Shown here piece after piece: positions 24,039-33,585 of a DNA stretch of 64,000 bases; the stretch's first letter is position 1; each line of letters begins with the position of its first letter. The stretch comes from an uncultured delta proteobacterium. GTDB lineage: Bacteria > Desulfobacterota > Syntrophia > Syntrophales > UBA2185. The stretch spans positions 480,001 through 544,000 of the forward strand of contig CAVSPA010000004.1 in the NCBI GenBank assembly GCA_963729715.1, written 5' to 3'. The translations under genes and the position numbers were made by a program. Under the pieces are notes generated by a model that did not search any database, was not told the DNA's origin, and saw nothing but the letters and a program-made list of their open reading frames with translations.

Positions 24039-24590
24039 TCACTTTATATTGGCTTTCACCTTCGATAACAATGCTACATCTTTATCTTCCAGCGAGAAGG
24101 ACATCCCGACCCCTTTCACCTGCATGCGGGAGTTTTCCATTTTAACGGCGGAGTCTGTATATATCCGCTGCTCCGAGCCCGAATATCTGAGGATATCAGT
24201 AGTCAGGCGATCTCCCTTATCTGAAATAATTTCCACATTTCCGGAAACTTCCATGTCCTTAGTCTCCGTGTTTGACTTGCCTTTATCGCCCGTCATAACG
24301 AGGGTCCTCCCGTCAGACATGACAAGCTTCACCCTGATTCGATCGAAGAGGACAAGATTCTCGCTCTTGACATACTTTGCACTATCCGCATTGACCTCCC
24401 ATTTCATGCCTGAAGCGCCGACATCCGTATAGTGGACATTCTTGACCTGGAGATCAATTTTGTCCGACACAATATTAAGTATCTGGTTTTTGGAAGACTT
24501 GCTGCTCTCAAAGAGTAGGATGACAGTTGCCCCTCCGACAATTGCGACGATCAGAACGATGGTAACAATATTTCTTCTTTTAAATTTCAT
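24039..24590 (-). CDS. lptC: LPS export protein LptC
   Basis: N-terminal TM, WEVNADSA, L.TD.LRY, synteny with lptA/lptB. Confidence 0.88.
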   Translation of the reverse strand: MKFKRRNIVTIVLIVAIVGGATVILLFESSKSSKNQILNIVSDKIDLQVKNVHYTDVGASGMKWEVNADSAKYVKSENLVLFDRIRVKLVMSDGRTLVMTGDKGKSNTETKDMEVSGNVEIISDKGDRLTTDILRYSGSEQRIYTDSAVKMENSRMQVKGVGMSFSLEDKDVALLSKVKANIK

Positions 24591-24818
24591 AAAACTTCGT
24601 CTTGGGGGGATGAGCAATTTTCATTTCCGCTGTAAATTACAAACTCTGAAAATAAACCGCTCCCCAAGACCGGTTCGATTTATATCATCCGTTTCCATAT
24701 ATGTAAAGATCAAAGGCAAACACGGGTGCCCGCCATGTAGGTACGACAGCTTAACTTGCGCCCTACCCGGACAATGGCACCGCGGTCGTTTCTGCGATCA
24801 TCATCAATTTTTCATTCT

Positions 24819-25376
24819 TCACAAGAACTCATACCTCTTTGCCACATCGGTCCATTCACCCTTAGCCTTCAGGATTAGTTCACATAACTCTCTTACGGCG
24901 CCGCGGCCGCCTTTATTTATTGTGACATAATCAACGCATTTCTTCACATCGGGAACTGCATCCGCTACGGCGGCGGAAAATCCGGCCCTTTTCAACATGG
25001 GGATATCAACTATATCGTCTCCCACAAAAGCCATATGTTCATAATTAAGAGAACGATTACGGAGTATGGTATCGGCGATTTCGAGTTTGTTATGAACGCC
25101 TTGGTGGACCTCGCCGATGCCGAGGTCTCTGGCGCGATGTTCAACCACGGCGGACCTCCTTCCCGTCACGAGTATAACATCGATGCCGTATCTCATCAGG
25201 ACCTTGATGCCGTGTCCGTCTTTCACGTCAAAATTTTTTGCCTCACGCCCCTCATAATCCATGATTATGCGTCCATCCGTCATGACTCCGTCAACATCGA
25301 GTACCAGAAGACGGATCTGTCTGATCTTCGCCACCAATCTCTCGTCAAGAAACTCGCTTCCCACGTCTCTCCCCAT
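24819..25376 (-). CDS. kdsC: KDO 8-phosphate phosphatase
   Basis: LDVDGVMTDG, GDD..D, GGRGAVRE. Confidence 0.95.
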   Translation of the reverse strand: MGRDVGSEFLDERLVAKIRQIRLLVLDVDGVMTDGRIIMDYEGREAKNFDVKDGHGIKVLMRYGIDVILVTGRRSAVVEHRARDLGIGEVHQGVHNKLEIADTILRNRSLNYEHMAFVGDDIVDIPMLKRAGFSAAVADAVPDVKKCVDYVTINKGGRGAVRELCELILKAKGEWTDVAKRYEFL

Positions 25377-25379
25377 TTC

Positions 25380-26219
25380 TTATTTTTTGTCGGCCTTCAT
25401 CTTTTTGACTGTGTCATCGATCTCCATAAGTGTAGAAAGGAGATCATAAAGTGAATCGAGGCGCACCGAATTCGGACCGTCGCATTTGGCGACTTCCGGG
25501 TCACGATGCACTTCCAAAAAGATGCCGTCCACTCCGACGGCAACGGCTGCTCGCGCAAGGTGGGGAACCATATCATTCTGACCGCCGGAAGCAGTGCCCA
25601 TTCCGCCGGGAAGCTGCACGCTGTGTGTGGCATCGAATATCACAGGATAACCCATCTCTCTCATCAGGGGGAGTGACCGAAAATCAACGACAAGATTGTT
25701 ATACCCGAAGGTTGCCCCTCTCTCCGTGACCATTATGTTTTCGTTCCCCGTTGAAGATACCTTAGAAAGTATATTCTTAACATCCCACGGAGCAAGAAAC
25801 TGGCCCTTCTTGATATTGACGACCTTGGCTTTTTTCGCAACCTCGATTACGAAGTCTGTCTGCCGGCAGAGAAAAGCTGGCACCTGCATCACATCAAGTA
25901 CCTCTGAAGCAGGTTCGATTTCCTCAAAACGATGCACATCCGAGAGAATCTTAATGCCTAAATCCTTCCTTATGCCGGATAATATCCGCAGTCCTTTTGC
26001 CATACCAGGACCTCTAAAGGAATTCATGGATGTCCGGTTCGCCTTGTCGTACGACGCTTTAAATATGAAAGGTAATTTCAACCGGCCGGTGATGTCTTTG
26101 AGAAAAATTGCCGTTTCTCTCGCTGTCTCTTCGTCCTCTATGACACATGGACCGACGATGAGAATGAAGGGGGCCCCGCCCCCAATGACCATATCATTTA
26201 GGATAATCTGCGTCATCAC
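25380..26219 (-). CDS. kdsA: KDO 8-phosphate synthase
   Basis: GPCVIE, KASYDKANRTS, PAFLCRQT, KKGQF, DATHSVQ. Confidence 0.97.
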   Translation of the reverse strand: MMTQIILNDMVIGGGAPFILIVGPCVIEDEETARETAIFLKDITGRLKLPFIFKASYDKANRTSMNSFRGPGMAKGLRILSGIRKDLGIKILSDVHRFEEIEPASEVLDVMQVPAFLCRQTDFVIEVAKKAKVVNIKKGQFLAPWDVKNILSKVSSTGNENIMVTERGATFGYNNLVVDFRSLPLMREMGYPVIFDATHSVQLPGGMGTASGGQNDMVPHLARAAVAVGVDGIFLEVHRDPEVAKCDGPNSVRLDSLYDLLSTLMEIDDTVKKMKADKK

Positions 26220-26301
26220 ACTCTACCTCTTCAAGTTGCCAACAAACTCAATCATGCGCCAACACCCCATGGTGTTCCTCCCATCTCAACTATGCCGCGG
26301 T

Positions 26302-28323
26302 CTATGATTCACGATGCTTCTGCTGCAACATCTTAATCTTCAAGGCAGGGATCTTCTTGGCAGCCACGTTCGAATCAGGATTGAGCTCATAGGCATGCGT
26401 GTATGCCTTGAGGGCATCCTGATACATCCCCTTTTTTTCATATGCCTTCCCCATGCTGAGATAGACGTCATCATCCTCAGCATCATACCTCAATGAAGTC
26501 TTATAGTATTCAATTTCCTTGTCTATATCGCTCTTAAGACCGTAGACATAACCAAGTCCCGAGTAAGCTACCGCCCTTTTGGAATTGATGGTTATCATTT
26601 TCTTATAGATTTTGATTGCATTTTCATACTGCTTTTCGTCCGTGTAATATTCCGCGAGAATATCCAAAACATCCATGTTCGGACGGGTCGCGGCCACGTA
26701 TTCATATTCGCGAATGGCTTCTTTCTTTCTGCCAAGCTTATCATATGTGTATGCAAGGTTATAATGAACCTGAGGATCTTTCATTCCATATTTGATCGCT
26801 TTTTCATAGTGCTCGGATGACGGTTTGTATTTCTTAAGTTCACCATAGGCAAAACCGAGATTGGCATGAATCGATGCCTTTCTCGGTGATGATTTCAGAA
26901 TTTTTTCATAAGCCCTGACTGCCTCACCGTAACGCTTATTCTTAAAATCGATGTCTGCAAGCTTGGTAGTCGCTTCAAGATCACCCGGGTTCATCTTGAG
27001 TACAGTTTTGTATTCACGCGAGGCATCCTGATCCTGATTTCTCTTTTCATAGGCGGAAGCAAGATTATAGTGAACTACAGGATCCTTCGGATTCAGAGAA
27101 ATGGCCTTCTTATAATTCTCTATTTCTTCCTTCCACTGTCCCTTGCCGCCGTGAGCAAGGCCAAGGTTTGCATACGCCGAGGCATTCCGCGGTTGTTTTG
27201 CAATAACCTCCTTATACAATCTTATGGATTCATCATAGTTTCCCGCCCTCAGGTAGGCGCCCGCTAAGGCAATCTTCACGTTTTCCGCTTCTCGTGCCTT
27301 TGTCAGTACGATTTTGTATTGCTCAACCGCATCTTTTAAATTATTTGCCTTTTCATATGCCTCGCCGAGCCTGAAGCGTACCAGAGCGTCATCGGGGTTC
27401 ATCTGCAGCGACTCTTTATAATTGACGATGGCCTTTTCCCATACGCCCTTATTGCCGTAAGCATATCCAATGTTCGCAAAGGCGGACGCATCACGTGGAT
27501 TTATTCTAAGCAGTTTCATTCCGGTGCTGATTGCCTTATCATAATTCCCAGTTCTCACATAACACTTCACGAGCCCTGAGAGGGCGCTCACATCATCGGG
27601 CTTCAGTGCGAGAATGTCGTTATACTGAGAAATTGCCTTCTCGACAATACCCGCCTGCTCATAAATAGCCGCCAGCATCTTGCGAACGCCGACGTCATTT
27701 TTATTCATGTCTATGGCCCGTCTCAGATACTCAATTTGAGCCCGCTGATTCTCCGAATTCTTGGCGTACCTCAACCAATCCTGCGGCATAATTACAACGT
27801 TCAAGGGCACGGAGGCGATGACGTCCCCGTTGTATTTCACTTCTATGCCGCCCGCATCGACTGCTGCATCACGCGCGCCCTTACTGCGGGTCATGACAAC
27901 TTTGTCGACCAGATCGACGCCTCGCAGCATCACCCGGTAGTGATCCTCTCCACCGAGCCCATCGACGTGCACCGTCACCCCGCGACCAGAAAATACGTCC
28001 GTGGCAATTTCTTTCACAACAAATTCATCACGATAAGAAATATCGAACACGTCACCCTTCCTCAACCTGTAGTCTTTCCCGTTCTTCTCCACATCCAGAT
28101 AATAAAACCCTGGTTTCCCTCCCAGAAAAACAAAGGAAAAAGTGTTCTTCAATCTCATAAGACTTACGGGAGACTTGTCCATTCTCTCAGGAAATGCATA
28201 GTTGGCGATTATCCAGACAAGAATGACCACGGCAGCAGCGGAACCGGCAACTCCTGCAATGCGCAGGCCTCTGCCGGGCCTCCTGAGATTTTCCCATTTT
28301 TTTTTGATAAAGCTGGACTCCAT
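26302..28323 (-). CDS. Membrane-anchored TPR-repeat protein
   Basis: One N-terminal TM followed by many TPR units (A..NLG.AY...G). Confidence 0.9.
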   Translation of the reverse strand: MESSFIKKKWENLRRPGRGLRIAGVAGSAAAVVILVWIIANYAFPERMDKSPVSLMRLKNTFSFVFLGGKPGFYYLDVEKNGKDYRLRKGDVFDISYRDEFVVKEIATDVFSGRGVTVHVDGLGGEDHYRVMLRGVDLVDKVVMTRSKGARDAAVDAGGIEVKYNGDVIASVPLNVVIMPQDWLRYAKNSENQRAQIEYLRRAIDMNKNDVGVRKMLAAIYEQAGIVEKAISQYNDILALKPDDVSALSGLVKCYVRTGNYDKAISTGMKLLRINPRDASAFANIGYAYGNKGVWEKAIVNYKESLQMNPDDALVRFRLGEAYEKANNLKDAVEQYKIVLTKAREAENVKIALAGAYLRAGNYDESIRLYKEVIAKQPRNASAYANLGLAHGGKGQWKEEIENYKKAISLNPKDPVVHYNLASAYEKRNQDQDASREYKTVLKMNPGDLEATTKLADIDFKNKRYGEAVRAYEKILKSSPRKASIHANLGFAYGELKKYKPSSEHYEKAIKYGMKDPQVHYNLAYTYDKLGRKKEAIREYEYVAATRPNMDVLDILAEYYTDEKQYENAIKIYKKMITINSKRAVAYSGLGYVYGLKSDIDKEIEYYKTSLRYDAEDDDVYLSMGKAYEKKGMYQDALKAYTHAYELNPDSNVAAKKIPALKIKMLQQKHRES

Positions 28324-28348
28324 TTTCCGCTCTTTGACTTTCTTTATG

Positions 28349-29236
28349 TTAACCTCTCGGGTGGTATCTCTTATGGATATGCTTCAGCCGCTCGCGAGTA
28401 ATGTGCGTGTAGATCTGCGTAGTAGCTATGTCCGCGTGCCCGAGCATGATCTGAACGGAGCGGAGATCTGCCCCTCCTTCCAGCAGATGGGATGCAAAGG
28501 AATGCCTGAAGGTGTGCGGATGGACATTCTTGTTGAGACCCGCCCGAAGTACATACCGTCTTACGATTTTCCAGAAACCCTGACGTGTCAACCCCTCACC
28601 CGATCTATTCAGAAAGAGGATGTTGGTTCTTTGGTCCTTCATAAATTTCTGTCTTCCGTGATCTACATATTCAGAAAGACAGTTATAAGCGGATCTCCCG
28701 ATCGGAACGATACGTTCTTTGCCGCCTTTTCCCATAACCACCAGGTATCCAACCTGCCAGTTAATGCTGTTCATGGTCAAGGTAATTATTTCTGATACGC
28801 GAATCCCCGTTGCGTACATGAGTTCCAGCATGGCTGTGTCCCTTACGGCCGCAGGATTCCTTGCACCCGGCTGAGCCAGAAGCAGATTCATTTCCTCCTT
28901 GCTAAGCGTATCGGGAAGTCGCGCCCAAACCTTTGCGAGTCCTATATTGACTACAGGATTTGTATTGATTTTTTTCTCGCGGAGGAGAAACTTAAAAAAA
29001 CCTCTGACAGCCGCGAGGCCTCTGTTCACGGACCTCACATTAAGTCCGTCCTTCCTAACCTGTTCCAGATATGAGATGATCTCATCCGGGGTAACATCTG
29101 CGGCATTTTGAATCCCACGACTTTGCACGAGGCCGATAAATCTATTCAAATCGTGGCTGTAGGCCTCTATGGTGAGCCGCGAGACCCCTTTTTCAACTGC
29201 GAGAAAATTCAAATACTCATCAATCAAATCATTCAC
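28349..29236 (-). CDS. xerD: Site-specific tyrosine recombinase XerD
   Basis: ATGIRVSE, GKGGKER, HPHTFRHSFASHLL, LGHADIATTQIYTH, YHPRG end; GTG start after GGAAGG. Confidence 0.93.
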   Translation of the reverse strand: MNDLIDEYLNFLAVEKGVSRLTIEAYSHDLNRFIGLVQSRGIQNAADVTPDEIISYLEQVRKDGLNVRSVNRGLAAVRGFFKFLLREKKINTNPVVNIGLAKVWARLPDTLSKEEMNLLLAQPGARNPAAVRDTAMLELMYATGIRVSEIITLTMNSINWQVGYLVVMGKGGKERIVPIGRSAYNCLSEYVDHGRQKFMKDQRTNILFLNRSGEGLTRQGFWKIVRRYVLRAGLNKNVHPHTFRHSFASHLLEGGADLRSVQIMLGHADIATTQIYTHITRERLKHIHKRYHPRG

Positions 29237-29345
29237 GGATATACCTTCCCACCTTAGCAAACCGGCGCATCGTCAAACTCTCTCTTCTTAAACCTCGTAC
29301 CAGCGGCTCTCGCTCCGGTTTCTCGCCAGCCGTGGCGAAATGAAA

Positions 29346-29533
29346 GTAAACTACCACCGACCTTGTCGGTGGCCTTCAAAATGCGGCAAGCCTACGGACA
29401 ATGTCCTTCGCCTTGCCTGATAAGGGTTGAAACGGCTATTCTAAAATATTGTTCACCAACATTGTTGGTTCACTTAAGGTGTGGGGCCTCCGCCCCCACA
29501 CCCCACCACTGACAATGTCAGTGGTTTTGACAG
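29346..29533 (-). mobile_element. Miniature non-autonomous IS200/IS605-family element (PATE-like)
   Basis: Minus strand: TTAT|CTGTC-AAAA-CCACTGAC-ATT-GTCAGTGG ... AAGG-CCACCGAC-AAG-GTCGGTGG-TAGTTTAC; subterminal hairpins with guide and cleavage tetranucleotides, no ORF. Confidence 0.75.
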
Positions 29534-29700
29534 ATAAATAAATATCATGCAGAAAAGTTTTACCCTTCTCTCAGACTCTCAGCGTATTTTTAACGTAAAT
29601 GATAAAAGGACGCAAAGATTTTTTGTCTGTCATGTTAAATCATGTTAATGATGAAACATGAAATGCGGGGATGTCGGACAACGAATGGGAAGGCAGAAGG

Positions 29701-31941
29701 TCACTTCGGCAGCTCATCCAGAATCTCTTTCATTTTCTCAATGTCGTATGGAATATCGACTGTCCGGCAGAATCCACTATCCTTTAGTGTCAGGGTGACG
29801 GGATCTTCCGCATAGCCGCATGAAATAACGGCTCTGACATGAGGATCTATGGCAAGCAGTTGCTGCAAGGTCTCCTTGCCTCCCATCCCGCCCGGTACAT
29901 CCAAGTCCAATATGACAGCGGAAAATGGACGGCCATCTTCTCTTGCTGCTCTGTAGAGATCAAGGGCTTCATTGCCGTCATTTGCATATTCAACATCATG
30001 GCCCAGATAGTTGAGAACGATGCCTGTTGCATTCCGCACCGCCTCTTCATGATCCATGACCAAGATCTTGCCCCTGCTGGCAACGATTTGCTCCGTAAGG
30101 CCTCTTTTTGAGGGGTCCTCCTGCGGAGAGGCGGGTAAATAGACGATAAATACGGATCCAAGATCGGGCTCAGATTCGACGCTGATAAATCCATCGTGTT
30201 TCTTTATAATGGAATAGCATATGGCGAGTCCTAGTCCCATGCCCCTTGCGCTTCCTGTCGGCTTCGTGGTGAAATAAGGGTCAAATATCTTTGGCAAATT
30301 CTCCTTCGAAATGCCGATTCCATGATCCCTTATCGACAACTTTACATAATCGCCTTCCTTCAGAGGCAGACCATTACTTGCCGATATATGCGCATTCTCC
30401 GCTTGGATTGTTATTATGCCTGCGTCGTGCATTGCTTCGCGGGCATTAATCAAAAGGTTGTGGATCACCTGCTGGATTTGAACATCATCCATTCTTACAG
30501 ACCACAGATTATCAGGCAGCGAGAATTCACAGATTACATTAGAACCGCTCAAAGACAGATCACCGGAATTCGTCAATAACTTCGAGATGGAACCAATTTT
30601 TTTTACAGGTTCTCCCCCTTTGGCGAAAGTGATCAACCGATGGGCCAATTGTCTTGCCTGGTGACCTACCTTCTCGGCTATTTCCAATCCCTCTTCCACA
30701 GCCTCCTGTTGGTCGTCGGCGAGAGACAATTTCGCAGCAAATATATTGCGCAATATGACAGATAATAGATTATTGAAATCATGGGCGATCCCACTGGCGA
30801 ATATCCCGAGAGATTCCAGCTTCTTAACACTTAACAATTCTTCTTCCGCTTTTTTATGTTCAGTGACATCCTCCAGTGTTTCTATGGCGCCAACAAGATT
30901 GCCATGGGAATCCCTGATTACCGCAGCAGTAAAGCGCAGCCACTTGCCCGTATCTCCCAGTTCCGGGAAAAAGTCCATGGCCTCATAAGCCTCATCTATC
31001 AGGCGGGATTTCGTATACTTGTCAAGATACCACCGGGGAATCGCCTCGAGCGCTTGATCAACCAACAAATCCGCCATACATGGTCTCTCTTCTTTGTAGA
31101 ATGCCCGCCATTGCCCCTTTGTGCTGATTATTTCGGGAGCCTTGATACCGCTCAGTTCCTCCAATGCCCTGTTCCAGTATATTACTCTGTGATCCATTCC
31201 TATCACAAAGGTCGGAAGCGGTGAACCATGAATAACTCTGTCGAGTCTTTGCTCACTCTCTTTCAGCCTGTCTTCCGCCAGTTTCCGCTCTGTGATATCT
31301 TCTGTCACACCGTCAATCCATTTTATTTCACCTTTATTGTCATACTGCACGGTGGCGGTGACAGAGGCCATTATCGGGGTGCCGTCCTTCTTGCGGAGAA
31401 CTATTTCCTCGTTTCTGACATAGCCCATTTTCTTTATCTTCTCAGTGAATCTTTTCCTCCCCTCCGGGTCCACGTATAAATCTGAAATGGACATAGCCAT
31501 GAACTCGCCGAGCGATTCATATCCGAATATCTTTAACATCGCCGGATTGACTTGCAGATAATGTCCCTTGGAATCGCCTGTACTTCTGTATACGCCAACA
31601 TTTACATTTTCTACTAATGTCCTGTATCTCTCTTCGCTCTCCCGCAGGGCATTTTCTGACCGCCGGATGCTGTAAAAGAGGGGGGCAATCAAGGCAACGC
31701 CTGCCAACATCAGTACGGATATGAAAACTCCAATCCAGTCGTTCAGCAGGCTGATGTCAGGGGTTATGGGGATGGTAAAAAAAGGCAAGATATCTATGAT
31801 GCGCCTTACGGCCATGAGGACAAGCCCCATCGCAACTAAAATCCATGCGGCCCGAGCTTCAGTTACGCGCATCAACCTCAGCGCCAAAATGGCTGCCGCC
31901 ACCTGCAGGAAAACGGAAATGAATAAAATATATTCGATCAT
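29701..31941 (-). CDS. Hybrid sensor histidine kinase (TM-PAS-PAS-HisKA-HATPase-REC)
   Basis: AHDFNNLL, NLLINAREA, DHGIGI, PYFTTK, GMGLGL; C-terminal receiver domain. Confidence 0.93.
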   Translation of the reverse strand: MIEYILFISVFLQVAAAILALRLMRVTEARAAWILVAMGLVLMAVRRIIDILPFFTIPITPDISLLNDWIGVFISVLMLAGVALIAPLFYSIRRSENALRESEERYRTLVENVNVGVYRSTGDSKGHYLQVNPAMLKIFGYESLGEFMAMSISDLYVDPEGRKRFTEKIKKMGYVRNEEIVLRKKDGTPIMASVTATVQYDNKGEIKWIDGVTEDITERKLAEDRLKESEQRLDRVIHGSPLPTFVIGMDHRVIYWNRALEELSGIKAPEIISTKGQWRAFYKEERPCMADLLVDQALEAIPRWYLDKYTKSRLIDEAYEAMDFFPELGDTGKWLRFTAAVIRDSHGNLVGAIETLEDVTEHKKAEEELLSVKKLESLGIFASGIAHDFNNLLSVILRNIFAAKLSLADDQQEAVEEGLEIAEKVGHQARQLAHRLITFAKGGEPVKKIGSISKLLTNSGDLSLSGSNVICEFSLPDNLWSVRMDDVQIQQVIHNLLINAREAMHDAGIITIQAENAHISASNGLPLKEGDYVKLSIRDHGIGISKENLPKIFDPYFTTKPTGSARGMGLGLAICYSIIKKHDGFISVESEPDLGSVFIVYLPASPQEDPSKRGLTEQIVASRGKILVMDHEEAVRNATGIVLNYLGHDVEYANDGNEALDLYRAAREDGRPFSAVILDLDVPGGMGGKETLQQLLAIDPHVRAVISCGYAEDPVTLTLKDSGFCRTVDIPYDIEKMKEILDELPK

Positions 31942-32213
31942 GCCTGACCTTCGTCACACTGATAAAGAAACGCAGCAGATTTCGACTGTGGATGGATTTC
32001 TATCACAAAAGACTCCTCACTTGAAGGAATATTTAACCAAGATCGTGGACACAACATCCCCACTCGGCCTTCCGGTTTGCAGGGAGTGGAGATCACGGTG
32101 TCGTGGCAAAGAGCACGCACTTCCTTGATTTATACAAGCTTACCAACGCGTTCGCATACTTCGAGGATGGTCAGGTAAATGCCGCTGTTTTTGCAGAGTC
32201 GTCAAAAATTGTG

Positions 32214-32297
32214 TTGACACAACCAATAGCATATGGTAAGCGCACTCCCGTATATTATTGACGCTTTCATTTTGCAGTAAAGACATATTTGTCTTTA
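32214..32297 (+). promoter_or_regulatory. Promoter and candidate operator of the DRTGG/oxidoreductase operon
   Basis: TTGACA (32214)-17 bp-TAAGCG with TG extension; perfect palindrome TAAAGACA-TATT-TGTCTTTA at 32278-32297. Confidence 0.45.
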
Positions 32298-32346
32298 TGG
32301 ACAACTGACAATTCCTCTAAACATCTCTTTAAGTTGGAAAATTAAA

Positions 32347-32715
32347 TTGACCCTCCATGAGATAAGAAAACTTCTTGATGCAGAAGTCCTGATCGGTGAA
32401 GATCAGTTAGGTATGGAGGTGAAGACGGCTTTTGTCGCAGACCTCATGAGTGACGTTCTTGCCTTTGCCACAGCGGGAAGTCTTTTGATTACAGGATTGA
32501 CAAATCCTCAGGTTGTAAGGACGGCAGATGTACTTGATATCGCCGCAATAATCATGGGCAGGGGAAAATTGCCTTCCCAAGAAACCTTCCAGCTGGCGGA
32601 GGAACTCAATATCCCCATTCTTACGACCAAATATATTCTTTTTGAGATCGCCGGGCAATTATACGCAAGAGGTATAAGGGGTTGTATAGAAAAAGTGGGG
32701 AGTAAGAAAACATAA
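32347..32715 (+). CDS. DRTGG-domain protein
   Basis: ADLMSDVLAF, LLITGL.NPQVVRTA. Confidence 0.85.
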   Translation: MTLHEIRKLLDAEVLIGEDQLGMEVKTAFVADLMSDVLAFATAGSLLITGLTNPQVVRTADVLDIAAIIMGRGKLPSQETFQLAEELNIPILTTKYILFEIAGQLYARGIRGCIEKVGSKKT

Positions 32716-32717
32716 TC

Positions 32718-33167
32718 GTGGATGAAAAACCCCTTTATGAAGGAAGTTTCACAGTAATGGGCGGTAATTTTGACAATGCCGGTGAGGTCTCGAGCAATAT
32801 AAAAACAGTTCTGAAACAAATAGGTCTTCCGAAAGACGTTATAAGAAAAGCAGCCCTTGTTGCCTATGAATCTGAAATAAATATCGTCTCTTATGCCCGA
32901 AGGGGGATGATCCGTCTTCGCGTTGTCCCTGATTGCATCATGATTGAGGCTATAGATGAAGGCCAGGGAATTCCAGACATAGAACAAGCCATGCAACCGG
33001 GATTCTCGACTGCAAGTCAGAAGATCAGGGAAATGGGCTTTGGCGCCGGCATGGGACTATGCAATATAAGGACCTTTTCCGACGTATTTCATATCACGTC
33101 CGAAGTCGGTAAGGGCACACATCTAAGGATGATAATTAAAGCCAATAGTGCCGTTTTGAATAGCTGA
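32718..33167 (+). CDS. Anti-sigma-factor-type Ser/Thr kinase (RsbT/RsbW-like HATPase)
   Basis: YESEINIV, DEGQGIPDIEQAMQPGFSTA, GFGAGMGL. Confidence 0.88.
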   Translation: MDEKPLYEGSFTVMGGNFDNAGEVSSNIKTVLKQIGLPKDVIRKAALVAYESEINIVSYARRGMIRLRVVPDCIMIEAIDEGQGIPDIEQAMQPGFSTASQKIREMGFGAGMGLCNIRTFSDVFHITSEVGKGTHLRMIIKANSAVLNS

Positions 33168-33185
33168 GAAAAGGAGCCCTCTGAC

Positions 33186-33527
33186 TTGGATTTGGAATCT
33201 ATCGTCAAAGCCATGAATTTAAAGGTCAGATCCGGTCAGGACAAACTGAAAACGGAGATACGGGGCGGCTACACAGGGGATTTATTGAGCGATGTCATGG
33301 CAAACAGCAAGGAGGGCGACATCTGGATCACACGCCAGGTTCATCAAAATATCGTTGCCGTGGCCAGCCTTAAAGAACATGCGGGTATAATCCTAGTTCA
33401 AGGAAGCGAGCCTGCAAAGGACACCCTCGAAAAAGCCATCAAAGGAGGCGTTCCTATAATGGTATCGGATCTGCCGGGTTTTGAGCTCACCGGCAGGATA
33501 TACGCATTAATAAGCAAGACTGGTTAA
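33186..33527 (+). CDS. DRTGG-domain protein (second paralogue)
   Basis: GGYTGDLLSDVM, IWIT.Q.H.NIVAVA. Confidence 0.85.
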   Translation: MDLESIVKAMNLKVRSGQDKLKTEIRGGYTGDLLSDVMANSKEGDIWITRQVHQNIVAVASLKEHAGIILVQGSEPAKDTLEKAIKGGVPIMVSDLPGFELTGRIYALISKTG

Positions 33528-33585
33528 AGCGACAGCGAGTAGGAGAAAACGCCGCATTACGGTTTTTTCTTCATATGGATACTAA

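Noticed and set aside
28349..29260. xerD as the island or integron integrase
   Set aside because: It is a typical housekeeping XerD, lacks the IntI-specific insertion, and lies 15 kb from the island.
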